A DNA stretch of 64,000 nt. Origin: Chiloscyllium plagiosum (Eukaryota). Of this stretch, positions 49,816 to 63,249 are shown piece by piece (position 1 is the stretch's first letter; every line of letters begins with the position of its first letter). The position numbers and the translations under genes were made by a program. The notes below the pieces were generated by a model, which saw nothing but the letters and a program-made list of their open reading frames with translations, did no database searches and was not told the DNA's origin. Where the stretch lies: assembly GCF_004010195.1 (NCBI RefSeq), contig NC_057758.1, positions 6,757,981 to 6,821,980 of the forward strand, read 5' to 3'.

Positions 49816-51980
49816 ACAGTGAACCAGATTGAACAGTCCTTTGCTAATCGAGCCAGGAGGAAATTAACCTTGCACACAGCAGTGAGTTTCAGGAGAGGCC
49901 ACGGGAAATAATGCCAATTTGATTCGGAGAAGCATGACCTCAGTGATAATCGTCAGTAGATCCGCCATTGCCATGGCTACCATGTAACGAGTGGTGCAGT
50001 TGGAGATCCCACAATTTCCCTGGGATAGGATGGCAACTGCCACGAGATTTGCTGTAAGAGGAAAGAGGCAGACGGATTTCAAATTTGTTTACATTCATGT
50101 GGAGATAATAAGCACTGAAATCTGGTTAAAAATATGGAAATCGGGTCTTTTCACAATTTAAACCATAACTAAGCCGAGGCAGGTAATTGTAGATACATTA
50201 ATTTTCTTTCATACGTGGAACTCGGGATTTCAACAAATGTACTGACACGAAGGTCTGAATATTTTTATGTCCATTGAATCATTGACTAACTACGGAAGCC
50301 GTTTGTCCCGTCGAGGCTGAACTGACCCTCAGAAGAACATGCCATCCAGAGCCCATATCCCTGGAAACTCACGAGAACTTTCCATGCCTGTCCAGTAATA
50401 TCACATTTCCCATGGCAAATTCACCAAGCGTGCACATTCTGGGACGCTAAGGCTCAGTGGTTAGCACTGCTGCCTCACAGTGCCAGGTCAGTCCACACAA
50501 GAAAATCTTGAGCACAAACAATGAACCAATTATCTGAGCAGTTCCTACCTTGCAGAATGCTTTTCGTTTCCAACTTCCTCATTCAAGTCTGTTCTCTGGG
50601 GTTAGCACATCACCAGAGACCTGGGTTTGATTCTAACCTCGGGGCACTGTCTGAGTGGAGTTTGCACATCCCCCCCCTGCTTGTACGGGTTTTCTCCAGG
50701 TGCTCCGGTTTCCTCCTACAGTCCAAAAACGTGCTTAAATGTCCCCAATGACTCTAATTCCACCACCACAGCTGGCAACAAATTCAATTCATTCACAACT
50801 CTCTGTGTAAAGAACCTACGTCTGCCGTCTCCTTTATACCTTTCTCCTCATATCTTCAAACTATTAATCCACGTACCAGGCAATCCTGCCCTGGGGAGAA
50901 GTCTCTGAATATTGACTCTATCCGTTGCTCTCATTATTTTGTACATCTCTATTAGGTCTCATCTCTTCCACCTTCTCAACAGGGAGAAAATTCCGAGCCT
51001 ATCCAACCTTTATCATATGGCAAGCCCTCCAGTCCAGACAGCATCCTGGTAATCCTTCTTTGAACCCTGTCTAAAGCCTCTGTATCATTCATATATTCGG
51101 CCGTCCAAACGTGGACACAAAATTCCAAGTGTGGTCTCACCGGGGACTTGTAGAGCTGCTGCAAAACCTCGCAATTCTTAAACTCGATCCCCCTGTTAAT
51201 GAAACCAAAACACCACATGCTTTCTTAACAACACTATCCACTTGAGTGGAAACTTTGAGGGATCAATAGACGTGCACACACAGATCCCTCTGTTCCTCCA
51301 CCCTGCCAAGAATCCCGTCTTTAATCGTCTGTGTTAATCTTTGTGCATTTATATCAATTCTTTCCTAAAGCAGGACGTGTGACATCCAATTCTATTTAAA
51401 ATTTTGCACCAGAAAGAAAATTAATCAAGATGAGAAAGTGCTGCCAATAAATCATTGCATCTAATTAGATTAAAATTATATGACGTGTGAAACCGAATAT
51501 GATAACCCACACAAGAGTAAATCTAATCTATGATTCCTCTCAGTAAGAAAATGCGACTGCTGTTATGGTTGTGGAATCTGACATTGATAATCCAACAATA
51601 CCTATTATCAGGGAATTTCCCCCTTCCTGACTCTCGCTTCACAGGACAGACCGTACAGAAACACGCAGACACACACCACCATTCGGCACATACATTCGCA
51701 GGCGCACATACCTGTGAGCGAGAAACAATTAAATAAGACAGGGATTTTCAGCAAAAAAAATAGGATTGCACAGATAAAAATGAAGTATCGGTATATTGGT
51801 ACAAGTAATAATGTTATGGTGTCGATGTTAGAATGACAAGCAAATACTTTTTGAAGTCACTATGCACAATAAAAGCCAATACATTGGAGAATTGAACAAT
51901 TTCAAATCTTATAAACACTTAGCAGGAATACCAAGGATAGCATAAAACATTTTTCTTCCAACTCATATAGTACTATGCAT
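49816..51980 (-). pseudogene. GPR139-like: GPR139/GPR142-like GPCR pseudogene, copy 1 (exon 1 51923-51980; truncated exon 2 49816-50051)
   Basis: Exon 1 MHSTI*VGRKMFYAILGIP plus 1 nt, phase-matched to the acceptor TTCCTCTTACAG at 50052; exon 2 NLVAVAILSQGNCGISNCTTRYMVAMAMADLL; remainder deleted. Confidence 0.8.
50260..51320. mobile_element. Intronic mix of HE1 SINE pieces and a minus-strand CR1 3' fragment
   Basis: GGCTCAGTGGTTAGCACTGCTGCCTCACAG at ~50451; GFINRGIEFKNCEVL...VRPHLEFCV in ORF 50976-51218. Confidence 0.75.
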
Positions 51981-52235
51981 TTTCTCCGTGAGAGTGCTGT
52001 TTTATTTTGAACTGCAGACAATTTTCTAAGTCCAACTCGGAAATGTTCCATAGCAATGCATTCATTTTATATTTTCAGGGGCATCCATCGGGACACTGAG
52101 ATTTTTTTTTCCAATTGGTAAATTTTGAGTAAACAGATTACAACATCCATCACATGCCCTGTTGATGAAAACACAGATATTGAGATTTAGTGAGAGCCTG
52201 AAACACTCAAAATGGCCAAGTCTGATCTGTTTAAA

Positions 52236-52436
52236 GTCGAGAGTATGGTGCTTGAAAAGCATAACAGGTCAGGCAGCATCCCAGGAACAGGAAAATCGAC
52301 AGTTCAGACAAAAGCCGATCTTCTGTCGATCAGAAACGTCGATCTTCCTGCTCCCGTGTGCTGCCTGACCCAGTGTGCTTTTCCAGCACCACACTCTCGA
52401 CTCTAATCAGCAGCATCTGCTGTCACCACTTTTTGC
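52236..52436 (+). mobile_element. Older fold-back PLE-derived insertion (family A-related)
   Basis: Inverted arms GTCGAGAGT.../...ACTCTCGAC, ~35-nt tail, decayed TSD TGATCTGTTTAAA / TTATCAGTTAAAA. Confidence 0.7.
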
Positions 52437-53313
52437 TTATCAGTTAAAAATGTACCCACACTTGGAAACTGTGAATCTACAACATGAGTTCGAGACCTGC
52501 ATTTTACACTGTTCTACTGTTGGACCTAACGAATCCAGTTAAACAAATCAGAACCCCAAGATAAACACATCATGATATTCATAACCCAGCAAGTGACTAC
52601 TCAAACTTTACTGTCAATCATACTCTCTGCGGGTTTCACTCAGCTGAGCTCCCTCACCCGCTTTATTCTTTTTCTCCTGTACCTAATCCCATAGCTGCTT
52701 GTTCAACTCGCTTTTGAGTAAATTTCTCACAGCTGAATTTTCTCTCAGTTATGTTTATGGATTCACATGTGATCGGATGTAAAAGGATGGTTCCCCACTA
52801 CCACCTTTGCTTTACTAATGTATAAAACTTAGCTCCATGAGGTTTTTCACATGTACACAGGTGGGAGAAATTCCTCTTTCTTTGTAACGTGTGAACCCCA
52901 AATTGTAGTTATCATATCTGTCAGTTTTCATGTTCTCGAATTGAATCCCTTCTTCAACGATCTACCTGTTTTACAACAGCAGCTACTTCCAAAATTGACC
53001 GATAAAGCGTTGGATGATAAAGTGGAACGACCATATAATACACTCGATGTCTGTAAAAAATGCACATAAATGTGTATTTTTAAAGATTTAAGTCTCTGGA
53101 TAAATAGATTTCAGTGACTGCAGGGCCCAGCCAGTGGATGGTAAATTAAAAGCCTTTATTCTCATAATCCTATGCAGTCCTCAAACATAGACGCAGTCTG
53201 TGGTAACCTCTGAAAATTGGTGCCTGGACATGCGAAATTCACTGAAACCACAGCGTCTTCCTGTGTTTTAAATCTCCATCTCCAGTCGTTCAGAACTACC
53301 GCGATTCCAAAGT

Positions 53314-53903
53314 NNNNNNNNNNNNNNNNNNNNNNNNNNNNNNNNNNNNNNNNNNNNNNNNNNNNNNNNNNNNNNACACACACACACCAGCAGGTTCAGG
53401 AACNNNNNNNNNNNNNNNNNNNNNNNNNNNNNNNNNNNNNNNNNNNNNNNNNNNNNNNNNNNNNNNNNNNNNNNNNNNNNNNNNNNNNNNNNNNNNNNNN
53501 NNNNNNNNNNNNNNNNNNNNNNNNNNNNNNNNNNNNNNNNNNNNNNNNNNNNNNNNNNNNNNNNNNNNNNNNNNNNNNNNNNNNNNNNNNNNNNNNNNNN
53601 NNNNNNNNNNNNNNNNNNNNNNNNNNNNNNNNNNNNNNNNNNNNNNNNNNNNNNNNNNNNNNNNNNNNNNNNNNNNNNNNNNNNNNNNNNNNNNNNNNNN
53701 NNNNNNNNNNNNNNNNNNNNNNNNNNNNNNNNNNNNNNNNNNNNNNNNNNNNNNNNNNNNNNNNNNNNNNNNNNNNNNNNNNNNNNNNNNNNNNNNNNNN
53801 NNNNNNNNNNNNNNNNNNNNNNNNNNNNNNNNNNNNNNNNNNNNNNNNNNNNNNNNNNNNNNNNNNNNNNNNNNNNNNNNNNNNNNNNNNNNNNNNNNNN
53901 NNN
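53314..53903. other. Two assembly gaps (62 N and 500 N) around a 28-bp island
   Basis: Runs of N. Confidence 1.
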
Positions 53904-54940
53904 GCCTCAATCAATACTTTGGTTTCGATCCCATCAGGAACCTTTTAAAGATGCATGACATCTCATCCTGTTTAATAGTAACTTGTCTTAGAAACTCAAC
54001 ACTCCCTCTCCTGAGATCACACTCCTCCAATGCATTCTCTTTGCTGAATACTGAGACAAAGAATTCGTTCGGGATCCCTCCAACCTCTTCTGGTTCCAGC
54101 CATGTATTCCCTCCATAGTCCTTGAGTTGGCCAACTCTTTACCGGCTACATTCGTGCTTTTTGTACAAGAATAAAAAACCTTTGAATTCTCCTTCACCCT
54201 GTTTGCTAACGACATTTCATGACCCCTTTCAGTCCTTTTAATTTCTTGTTTACGCTCTCTCCCACTTTCCTTACTTACTTCATGGGCTTCATCTGTTGCA
54301 ATCTTACCAACAGTGCAAATGGTTCCTTTCTCTTCCTGACCAAGGTCTTAACATTCCTGGTCATCCGAGGTTCATGTAACTTGACATTCATATCCCTCAT
54401 TCTCCCAGGAATGTGCCACTCCTGAAATCTTGTCAACTGCTGTTTGAAATAATCACATATGTCCGATGTAGATTTACCCTCAAACAGCCGCCTCGAATTT
54501 AATCTTTCCAGTTCCTTTCTAATATTGTTGTAGTTTGCCTTCCCCCAAATTAAGACCTTCACAAGAAGACTGTTGTTATCCCTATCCGTGAATATCTTAA
54601 AACGCACAGTATTATGGTCACTTCTCCCAAAATTCTCCATCACTGAAACTTCACCTACTTGGCCTGGCACAGTTCCTAAACTCAGGTCCGTTCCCTGGAT
54701 TGATAGTTTACGTGTTGTGTCAAGGATCGGTCTTGAATGGTCCTTACAATTTCTGTCCATACAGTTTCCTAGCGGGTCGGGGAAGTTAGCCACCCACCAC
54801 TTCAACCCTGCTTTCATATCTTTTCAAGATGTTTCCATATGTTCGCTCCTCTCTCGCTTGCTGGTCTTTGGGAGGCCTGCAGTATACACCAAGCATTGTG
54901 ATTTCTCATTTCCTATACTTAAATTTTAAGCAATTAATTT
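53904..54940 (-). mobile_element. Old CR1 fragment (duplicate of 44402-45880)
   Basis: GEVSVMENFGRSDHNTVRFKI. Confidence 0.8.
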
Positions 54941-57900
54941 TGCACTGCCCTTGATTCTTTGAATTTGCTTTTGAGTATATATATTACATCTAGCATTATT
55001 TCTACACCAGGAAATACATCCTTTTCCTCCACCCATCCTGTAATGAACTGCAGAGACATGCCATTTCTGCATCTAAGGCCTAGCACTGATTTTACCAATT
55101 TAACCCTGTGTGGAGCGGTTCGAGCCACATGCAGGAAAATGTAGGCCTCAGGCTCCATTTCCAGCCAAGCACTGATTTAACAATTTCTCCCAAAGTGGGA
55201 CTTTTGAAGATCCAGACAGGGAGATTTAGATGCAGTCCCCATCTCAGGCTCATGTTTATTGATCCTTCATGGAGTCTGGGACTGAGAGCCCCACATGCAT
55301 GAACGTCCACAGCAGGAAAGTTCCAGGTTCCTTCTTGGCCCAGTACTGCCGAGAATACCAATCCCCTTCCGAACCACAGAAAGTTAAAACCCAGCAATTG
55401 TTGGAAATGAACATACTGGTCTTCTGCTTTGAAGTAAGCCAGGTGACTCAGACCAGTATGCCTCATTTGCCAGTTTTCCTAACCTTTTCTTCTGCGACTG
55501 ACCAAGACCCACAATGTAGTGAAAAGTAAGCCTCGGCATCACCTTTGTGTGTTGACCTTACAGAATGCTGTGAAACTAAGGGCCTTCACACTCACAGCTA
55601 GATACATGTGCATACAGAGCAGGACAGTCCGACTCTCCCTTATTGGGCCGTTTCCGAAACCAATCGCAAACTTAATGATGGGGGATGAATTGAGACCCAC
55701 TGTGCTGTGAAGTTTACACCAAAGATCCAGATCCTGGGCCGAGTACTTACAGTTGATATAGGATTAGCTGAACTCCACAAATCTGAGATAGAGAGCGCAG
55801 GTTGAAGTTTGGCCCTAATCCGGAATGGGTGAACTTCATCCCTGGTGTCAGTTGGATGGAATAACCATCCCACCGCCCACACCATCACTCAGAGCAGGGA
55901 CATAAAGGCTCAAGTTGTGGCTTGGGCCTAGTCAGCCAATGTGATTTGTCGTGGTGAATTAATTGAGCCACATCCCATCCGCACCCTGGCCATGGGGCTT
56001 GTTGAGGATGAATCGCAAACCTCGTGCTGTGTTAGTCAATTAGCTAATATCTCCACAACGCAGTGAAATATTAGCTCAGGATACATCATGGGGCTAGAGC
56101 TGGGATAGTCAATTAACCAGTTTCATTCCCAGTAGTTGACTTAATGCAGGGGAATATAAGAGTGGATGCCTTACAGTCCTAGTATTGAGTGAGCCAATCA
56201 GAGTGCAGGACAGATCTTGCCGCTCAGTGCAATGAACTCTCGGCTCCGGTTCCGTTTTAGAATTGCTTCCCCAATTAGCTGTGCATTTGACTGAGGACTC
56301 GATATGGCTCAATTGGTATCATGGGCCACTACTGCGCCACGGCTGAGTGCTGCCTCACCAGCCCCCGACACTCAGTTTCCATGATTACCCTCCAAGGCTC
56401 CAGAGTGCCCACTTCCAGGAACTCGCCCTCTCCTGGCAACATCATGGTGGATTGGGAGCCCATCAGTCAACTGTGTTAGCACGGTGCCTCGTGCAACATG
56501 TCGTCGGTGAGCAGCAGTAGCACAATGAGAGCCAACACCACATCCACCAGCACTGCAGCTCACCATCACCGTCCTCCAGGGCCTGGGTGCCATCCTAGGC
56601 TGCGTCTTGACCCCGCGGGCTCCATCAAGGAGGAGAGCAATGGGCAACCCCAAATGGTCTCCGGTCTATTCTTAGCATGACGGACAGGGAGGCTATGCCA
56701 GTGGGTGCATCACCACCCACCGGTGAGCAGATTTGTTGGGGATTTGAAGCTTCGGGCCTAGCATCTAGCACGAAGAATTGGTCAATGTCAATCATGGTCC
56801 AAAGGCATCAGGCCTTGGTTTTAATGGGAGCAAGATTTCAGTATTTCATCGAGGCCTCTCTGACAAACCTTTCATCCCCACCCCCAGCAAAACAAAGGAG
56901 AGACGAGATGTTGCTTCTCAAGTTTGTGCTGTGAGTCACTGGAGTATGGTAGCATGCAGTGTATGGCCTTGCAAGCAGGATGCTGTGTTGAAATGACTGG
57001 GCTACAGAAAGGTTGGGGTTATGCTTGGACAAAGACTGGAGGTGTTCTGCAATTGGGGGTGGAAACTCGATGTTGAGTAGCGCCTGAGTGCAGAGTGGAT
57101 CTCACTTGCATGCAATAAAAGCAGAGATTCTGAAATAAACGCTGCAATTCACATTGACAGACAACAAGGTTCAGAGACAGAATGAATCCCACTTTCAATG
57201 TATGACTAGAAGCGAAGTTCCACAGTCGCAAGATTCGTGAATCTGATAATGAGAGGTGGTAGAAAATGAAAGGTTCTTGTTCACATACCGTACCAGGCAC
57301 TGGATAATGCAGGAGGAATTCAATATTCTCTTACATCATCAGAGATAGACAAAATGCGCTTTGCACAAACGTCAATGAACAATCGTCGAACTACTGTCTG
57401 AATTACTGTCTTTTTGTATAAAACCATTCAATAAAGTAGGAAACCGCCAACAAACGATTTTAAAACTAGCATTTTATTGAACAAAATGTATCGAGGACTC
57501 CTCTCTATCCTTATCATTCCCTGAAGGACCTGTCGAAGATTATCACAATTCTTATGAGTGCATCATTCTCTGATCTGTAAATGTCATCATTCAAGATTGT
57601 GAGGGCAATCATTGGTCAAAGTTACATTTACTCAGTATTCTAGAAAAAGGGCAATGCGTAATTTGAGCATAGTTTCTGTCTGATCATTTTTTTTGCCATT
57701 TATTGATGAGAATTGCTCAGAGAAACAGCAGAAGATCGGAGAAATAATACAAAATTTTCTTCACTCGTTCCATGATTGGAAATTTCATACATAGTTTTTA
57801 ATGATGATGAAGTAAGATTTCGGTCAGATTTCTCAAAACAGTTATCTGAAATAACCCAATGATAAATAACAATGAAAGTTGATGTCTAGACTGCAGGTTT

Positions 57901-59287
57901 CACAGATACTAAAACTTGTACACGGCTCTGGACTGCAATAAAAGATCAATACAGTGAATGAGATAATGTAGAAATGATCGAATGTCGAAGCAGATTCCGT
58001 ATTATTTTCGTGGAAAAGGGATCCTCAGGGAAACACCTGCATCTGACAATGTTGTTGTTTGAAGATACATCCACAAAACGTTAGCATGGAATCTCTGACT
58101 TCAATGACGTTTTCACAAGGAAAATTGTCACGACTTTCATTCAGAGACAAATGCATTTGTATTATCTATACTTTCTTTGTAGATTCCAATTCGGTACGCC
58201 TATCTCTCCCAGTCTGGTTGGTGGTTGAACATTGCAGAGACCATGCAAACCCTCGGACAAGACCCAATGCACAAAAACCGAAAGTACTCGAGGGCCGTTT
58301 TCGCGATTTGACCATTTCTCCAGCAACTCGTGCAATTGCTGAAACTTCCTCTATTTGCAACTCACCAGCTCGTAGTACTTCGGGGTGGGTTCGGGCGAGG
58401 GAGTTGGAATCCTGCGTTTAACTCTTCGCTGAGCACGATTTTCTGTTTGGAAGAAATGCTAAGTGAATCACTTTCTCCCCCATTGTGTACAATTCTCACT
58501 ATCAAACCATTCCCAGATATCATTATCCAACCTTATTTAAGTACGATTGTAATGGATCACTCTATGGACTAGCTACCCCCAACCGCCCCGCCCCCCCCAC
58601 CTGCTCATTAATCAAAAGAAGTGTAGGTAATACTGAGGGACGTATTCAGGTGAAGGGTTCCCGTGATAGATGGATAACTGCTTTATCAGGAGCTGAATGG
58701 TTAACTAGACTACGTAAATCAACTTATCTCTGGGCAGAATCCGGCTCTGTTGTGAAAGTTTAACTTGTTAACAAAAGTTTCACCAGTTAGATTCCTGCTG
58801 CATCGGTTGAGAATCTCACATATTGTTCGAGATGCACCAATCCGAGCAAATCAGCGAGTATTTCATTATATATCAGACATCTGCCTTCAAGGTGGTGGAT
58901 GCGCATTTTCGAGTGTGACGATGAGTTCCTCACCACAGAAGCCATTGTGTCTAATCTGTTCCAGTATCAATGGCAATAGTATGATGAATAAAGTTTAACA
59001 CCTAGTTGATCCTTTTTTTGTTGAATCATTTAGTCCTGTCTGACAGAAAATGATTTTGATGATTGCCATGTAAGGAATAGTATCCTGCAGCATACAATCT
59101 TAGCCCATCATTTTGTTTCCACGTACGCACATTACAAAAAGTTTGCAGGACGGGTGTTGTCTCTCGGCCTTGTCCTCTTATCTCTGGGATGTGAGAATTT
59201 TCCTGCTCTTTTGCCATTAGGCATGCAAGTTCATATAGGATGTGCCTTGCTGCTGTTGTGGATTTGTGTTACGCCTTTTCAAATCTT

Positions 59288-60350
59288 TCAGGCCTGAAGA
59301 TGGTTTCTGTCTGACCTCGTGCCGCTATTCTTTATTAGTTCCTGTGTTCGTCCATGTGGATTGGTCACGACACCTAAATACATCCTGTTTCTCGATGTTC
59401 TTTCCCAGCGATGTTCTGCTAATCCACTCTTTCCATTCACATATAATCTTTTCAGCAGCTCTGACTGGTTTCCTTTTGAAATTAGTTTCATAATTAATGT
59501 AACTGGATATTTCACCATGCTCTTTAACTGTTCTCTGAACGTGGATTGCGTCTCAATATAAATTAATGTGTTTGTGCAGCAATTTAAATTCAGCAAAATA
59601 TGTGCAACTTCCTTAAATATGTATTCAGAATTGGCATCGAAGAGTTCATTAACATTAAAAATGAACAAAATATACGGTCACCACAACAGTATAAAACTTC
59701 TCGATATAGTGAGGAGTAAAATCACAGAATTCCGCCTGCTGTCCATCTCTGGATCAATCTGTCCCTTGCCATGACCCTTCAGTCCCTTACGAACTCGACT
59801 ATCCACTAATATATGCCTGTCTATCAGAGCATTGAGCAACAGAATTGAACCAAATGGTGACAATGGCATTAAAACCTTATCAACCATTCTACATGCAATC
59901 CATCTCGGGTCAGTAAATTCGCTTCATTTGTTCGAACAATACAGAGGAACATTGTGAATTATTCGCTTAGGCTTAAATCGGAAGTAAATGGGTGTGTTTT
60001 TAAACTAAAAAATATACTGATTGTTGCAAGAGCTCCTGTTGCAGTATTCCTGGTGCAATATTTAAATTTAAGCCTCTCGCAACAAATAGCAATAATTCGA
60101 TCAAAAGTAACAGCGAAAGTGAACCAGACTGAACAGTCCATTGCTCATCGAGCCAGGAGGTAGTTAACCTTACACACAGCAGTGAGTTTCAGGAGAGGCA
60201 ACGGGAAATAATACCAATTGATTCGGAGAAGCATGACCTCAGTGATAATCGTCAGTAGATCCGCCATTGCCATGGCCACCATGCAACGAGTGGTGCAGTT
60301 GGAGATCCCACACTTTCCCTGGGATAGGATGGCAACTGCCACGAGATTTG
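59288..60350 (-). pseudogene. GPR139-like: GPR139/GPR142-like GPCR pseudogene, copy 2 (complete main exon, no exon 1 found)
   Basis: NLVAVAILSQGKCGIS...MAMADLL, DCSVWFTFAVTFDRIIAICC, LLLNALIDRHIL, DPEMDSRRNSVILLLTIS, LNCCTNTLIY...FREQL; several stops and frameshifts; acceptor at 60351. Confidence 0.9.
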
Positions 60351-60825
60351 CTGTAAGAGGAAAGAGGCAGAAGGATCTCAATTTTGTTTATATTCGTGTG
60401 GAGATAGTAAGCACTGAAATTGGACGTGCACACCCAGATCCCTCTGTTCCTCCTACACTGCCAAGAATCCCGTCTTTAATCATCTGTGTTAATCTCTGTG
60501 CATTGATATCAATTCTTTCCTAAAGCAGGACGTGTGACATCCAATTCTATTTAAAATTGTGCACCAGAAAGAAGATTAATCAAGATGTGAAAGTGCTGCC
60601 ATTCAATCACTGCATCTAATTAGATTAAAATTAAATGATGTGTGAAACCGAATGCAATAAATCACACAAGAGTAAATCTAATCTATGATTCGTCTCAGTA
60701 AGAAAAGACAACTGCTGTTATGGTTGTCCATTTTCATCGCACACAGTGGAATCTGACATTGATAATTCAACAATACCTATTATCAGGGAACCTCCCCCTT
60801 CCGGACTCTAGCTTCACAGGGCAGA

Positions 60826-60826
<1 letters not shown>

Positions 60827-60890
<64 letters not shown>
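60827..60890. repeat. (CA)32 microsatellite
   Basis: Perfect dinucleotide run. Confidence 0.98.
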
Positions 60891-60894
<4 letters not shown>

Positions 60895-61334
60895 CAGGAA
60901 CAACTTTTCCCTGGCTGTGTTAGACAGGTGAATGGACTCCTTGGCCTCAAATAATGATGATCTTCCTTACGTTGTTCTGGCAGAGTGTGGAAACGTGCAA
61001 TGTCTCTACCTCAATCGTCATGATCTGTACATCCACGCTTACTATCATCTGCCTGTTCTGCACATAAAAAAAACCTTTCACTGTAATTCTGTACATGTGA
61101 CAATAAATCAATCAAGACGGCGTCTCTTGTAGGGTCTGAACTGGAGGACGAACAAATTATTCATAAAGGTGCACAAATGTCGAATTGCACGGTACAGAAA
61201 CAGACACTTCGTGTCCAACTTGCTCTTGCCCAGATATCCTTACATTGTTGAACTCCTTTGCCAGAAACACAAACAGGAAATGCTGGAAAGAGCTCAACTG
61301 GTCTGGCAGCACTTGTGGATTTAATCAGAGTTAA

Positions 61335-62450
61335 TATGGCGCCCCTCTTTGGCCTCCAGTCTGAAACAGAACCTTCCACCACCATCTTGTCTCCCTCTTT
61401 CAAGGCAATTTTATATCCAAGTGGTTAGCTCTGCTAGATTCCATGTGATCAAACCTTGCTATCTGGTCTACCATGCAGAACATTATCAAAAGCCTTGGTA
61501 AAGACCATTTGGACAAATCCCTGTTCCACCTTCATCAATCTTCTTTGTCACATCTTCAAAAATTCAATCAAGCTCATGAGACACGATTCCAACCGCACAA
61601 CACCACGTGGAGTGCTCCTAATTAGTCCTTTCCTTTCCAAATACATGTAAATTCTGTCTGTGAGGACTTCCCCCAACAACGTACCAACCACTGACATCAG
61701 TGCCACTTGTCTCTACTTTCCTGCCATTTCCTTACCACCATTTTTAAGTATTGAAATCATGTTAGCCAATCTCCAGTCTTCCAACGCCTTCCCACAAAGT
61801 GCTGGCTTTCATCTGATCACGTCCCTGGTCTTTATCCACATTTCTGTATTTTAAGATGCCCAGCACCTCCTCCTCAGTAATATGGACACTTTTTTGCATG
61901 CGACTGTACATTTTTCCAAGTTCTTCTGTTTTCATTTCCTTCTTAACAGTAAATACTGATGTGGAACACTTGTTTATGAATCTCGCCTGTCTCTCTCAGT
62001 TCCACACATTCCACATGGCCTCGATGACTTTTCGGGGGAATGCGGATATAGGGGGGGGAGACGGCTCTTCTCTCCCTCGTCACTCTTTTGTCCTAAACGT
62101 TTTTTGTGGAATATCTTTGGATTCTCCTTAACCATATTCACCAAAGTAACCTCATGTCCCCTTTTTGCCTCCTGCTTTTCCACCTGAAATCCTCCGATTT
62201 CCGTTATACTCCGTTCGGATTCACTCAATCTCAGCTGTCTGTAATTGACTAAAACCTCAATCTTTTCTTGACCAGAGCCTCAATTTCTCTTGCGTTCCAG
62301 CATTCCTTCCACCTACCAGACTTGCCATTCATTCTGACAAGAACACACTGTCTCTGGGCTCTTTTCATCTCATCTTCAAAGGCATCCCACTTACGAACTG
62401 GCCAATTTACTGACCAAAACCTCTCCCAGTTACGTTTTAAAAGACAGCAA
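61335..62450 (-). mobile_element. Old CR1 ORF2 fragment (further 3'-end pieces at ~62700-62915)
   Basis: KRGHEVTLVNMVKENPKIF; decayed RT motifs at 61450-61650. Confidence 0.7.
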
Positions 62451-63249
62451 TGATGAGAGGGCAAGTGACACTGGCAGGTACAGAACCCTGGGGAGAGTCA
62501 GAACACCATCGTGCAGCCAAGGTGATGAAGAACACAAAGGCATTCTGCGGACAAACGCAGATCCGTCTCACAGAAACTCTTTGTTCATGAATTGGATCTT
62601 TCTAGAATTTCATAAGAATGCTTGACCCTGACATTATTGTAATCATTCTCATATTGTTCTGGTCCTTTACACCTTGATTTCTTGGTAGATCTGCTATAAT
62701 CATCGAGATTTACAACATGGAATCACACCCTTCATCCAGGCCGACAAGATTTCCTAAATAAATCTACGTCGATTTGTCTACATTTGGCACATAACCCTCT
62801 AAACCCTTCCTATTAATGTCCCCATCTAGATGGCTTTTAAAGGCAGTAATTGCACCAGCCTCCACCATTTCCTCTGGCAGCTCATTCTACACACGCTTCA
62901 CCCTCTACAAGTATTAGCCGTTCGACAGTTTTCAGAATCTTCCTGTCAATGAACAGTCCAAACACTAAGCAGCAGATCTCACATCACCACATAAACATTA
63001 TTTTCCAACAGAAGACAATAAGGCGTGGGACAAGAAGACGATTCAACTAAACAACTTTGCTCTGTCAAAAAAAATCGTGACTTAGCTAATAATCCTCAGT
63101 TTCACTTTCCCACATTTTTTTCTGTGAATCTGAATCACTTGTACATTTAAGAGAAAGCCTCTACGAATGCACATATTAGTCAAACTTTGACAGCGACTGA
63201 AGTGAAGAATTCCAAATGCACCCTCTAAAAGGAGAAAATCATCCATATT

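Larger units (their letters stand above)
44402..60902. repeat. ~9.5-kb tandem segmental duplication: copy 1 44402-~53403, copy 2 53904-~60902
   Basis: Both start GCCTCAATCAATACTTTGG and stay collinear for kilobases (by eye ~90-95% identical) with copy-specific indels; true start and end are hidden by the gap. Confidence 0.95.

Noticed and set aside
44402..60902. Pure assembly artefact explanation for the duplication
   Set aside because: Not fully excluded, but frequent substitutions plus several copy-specific large indels look too divergent for alleles
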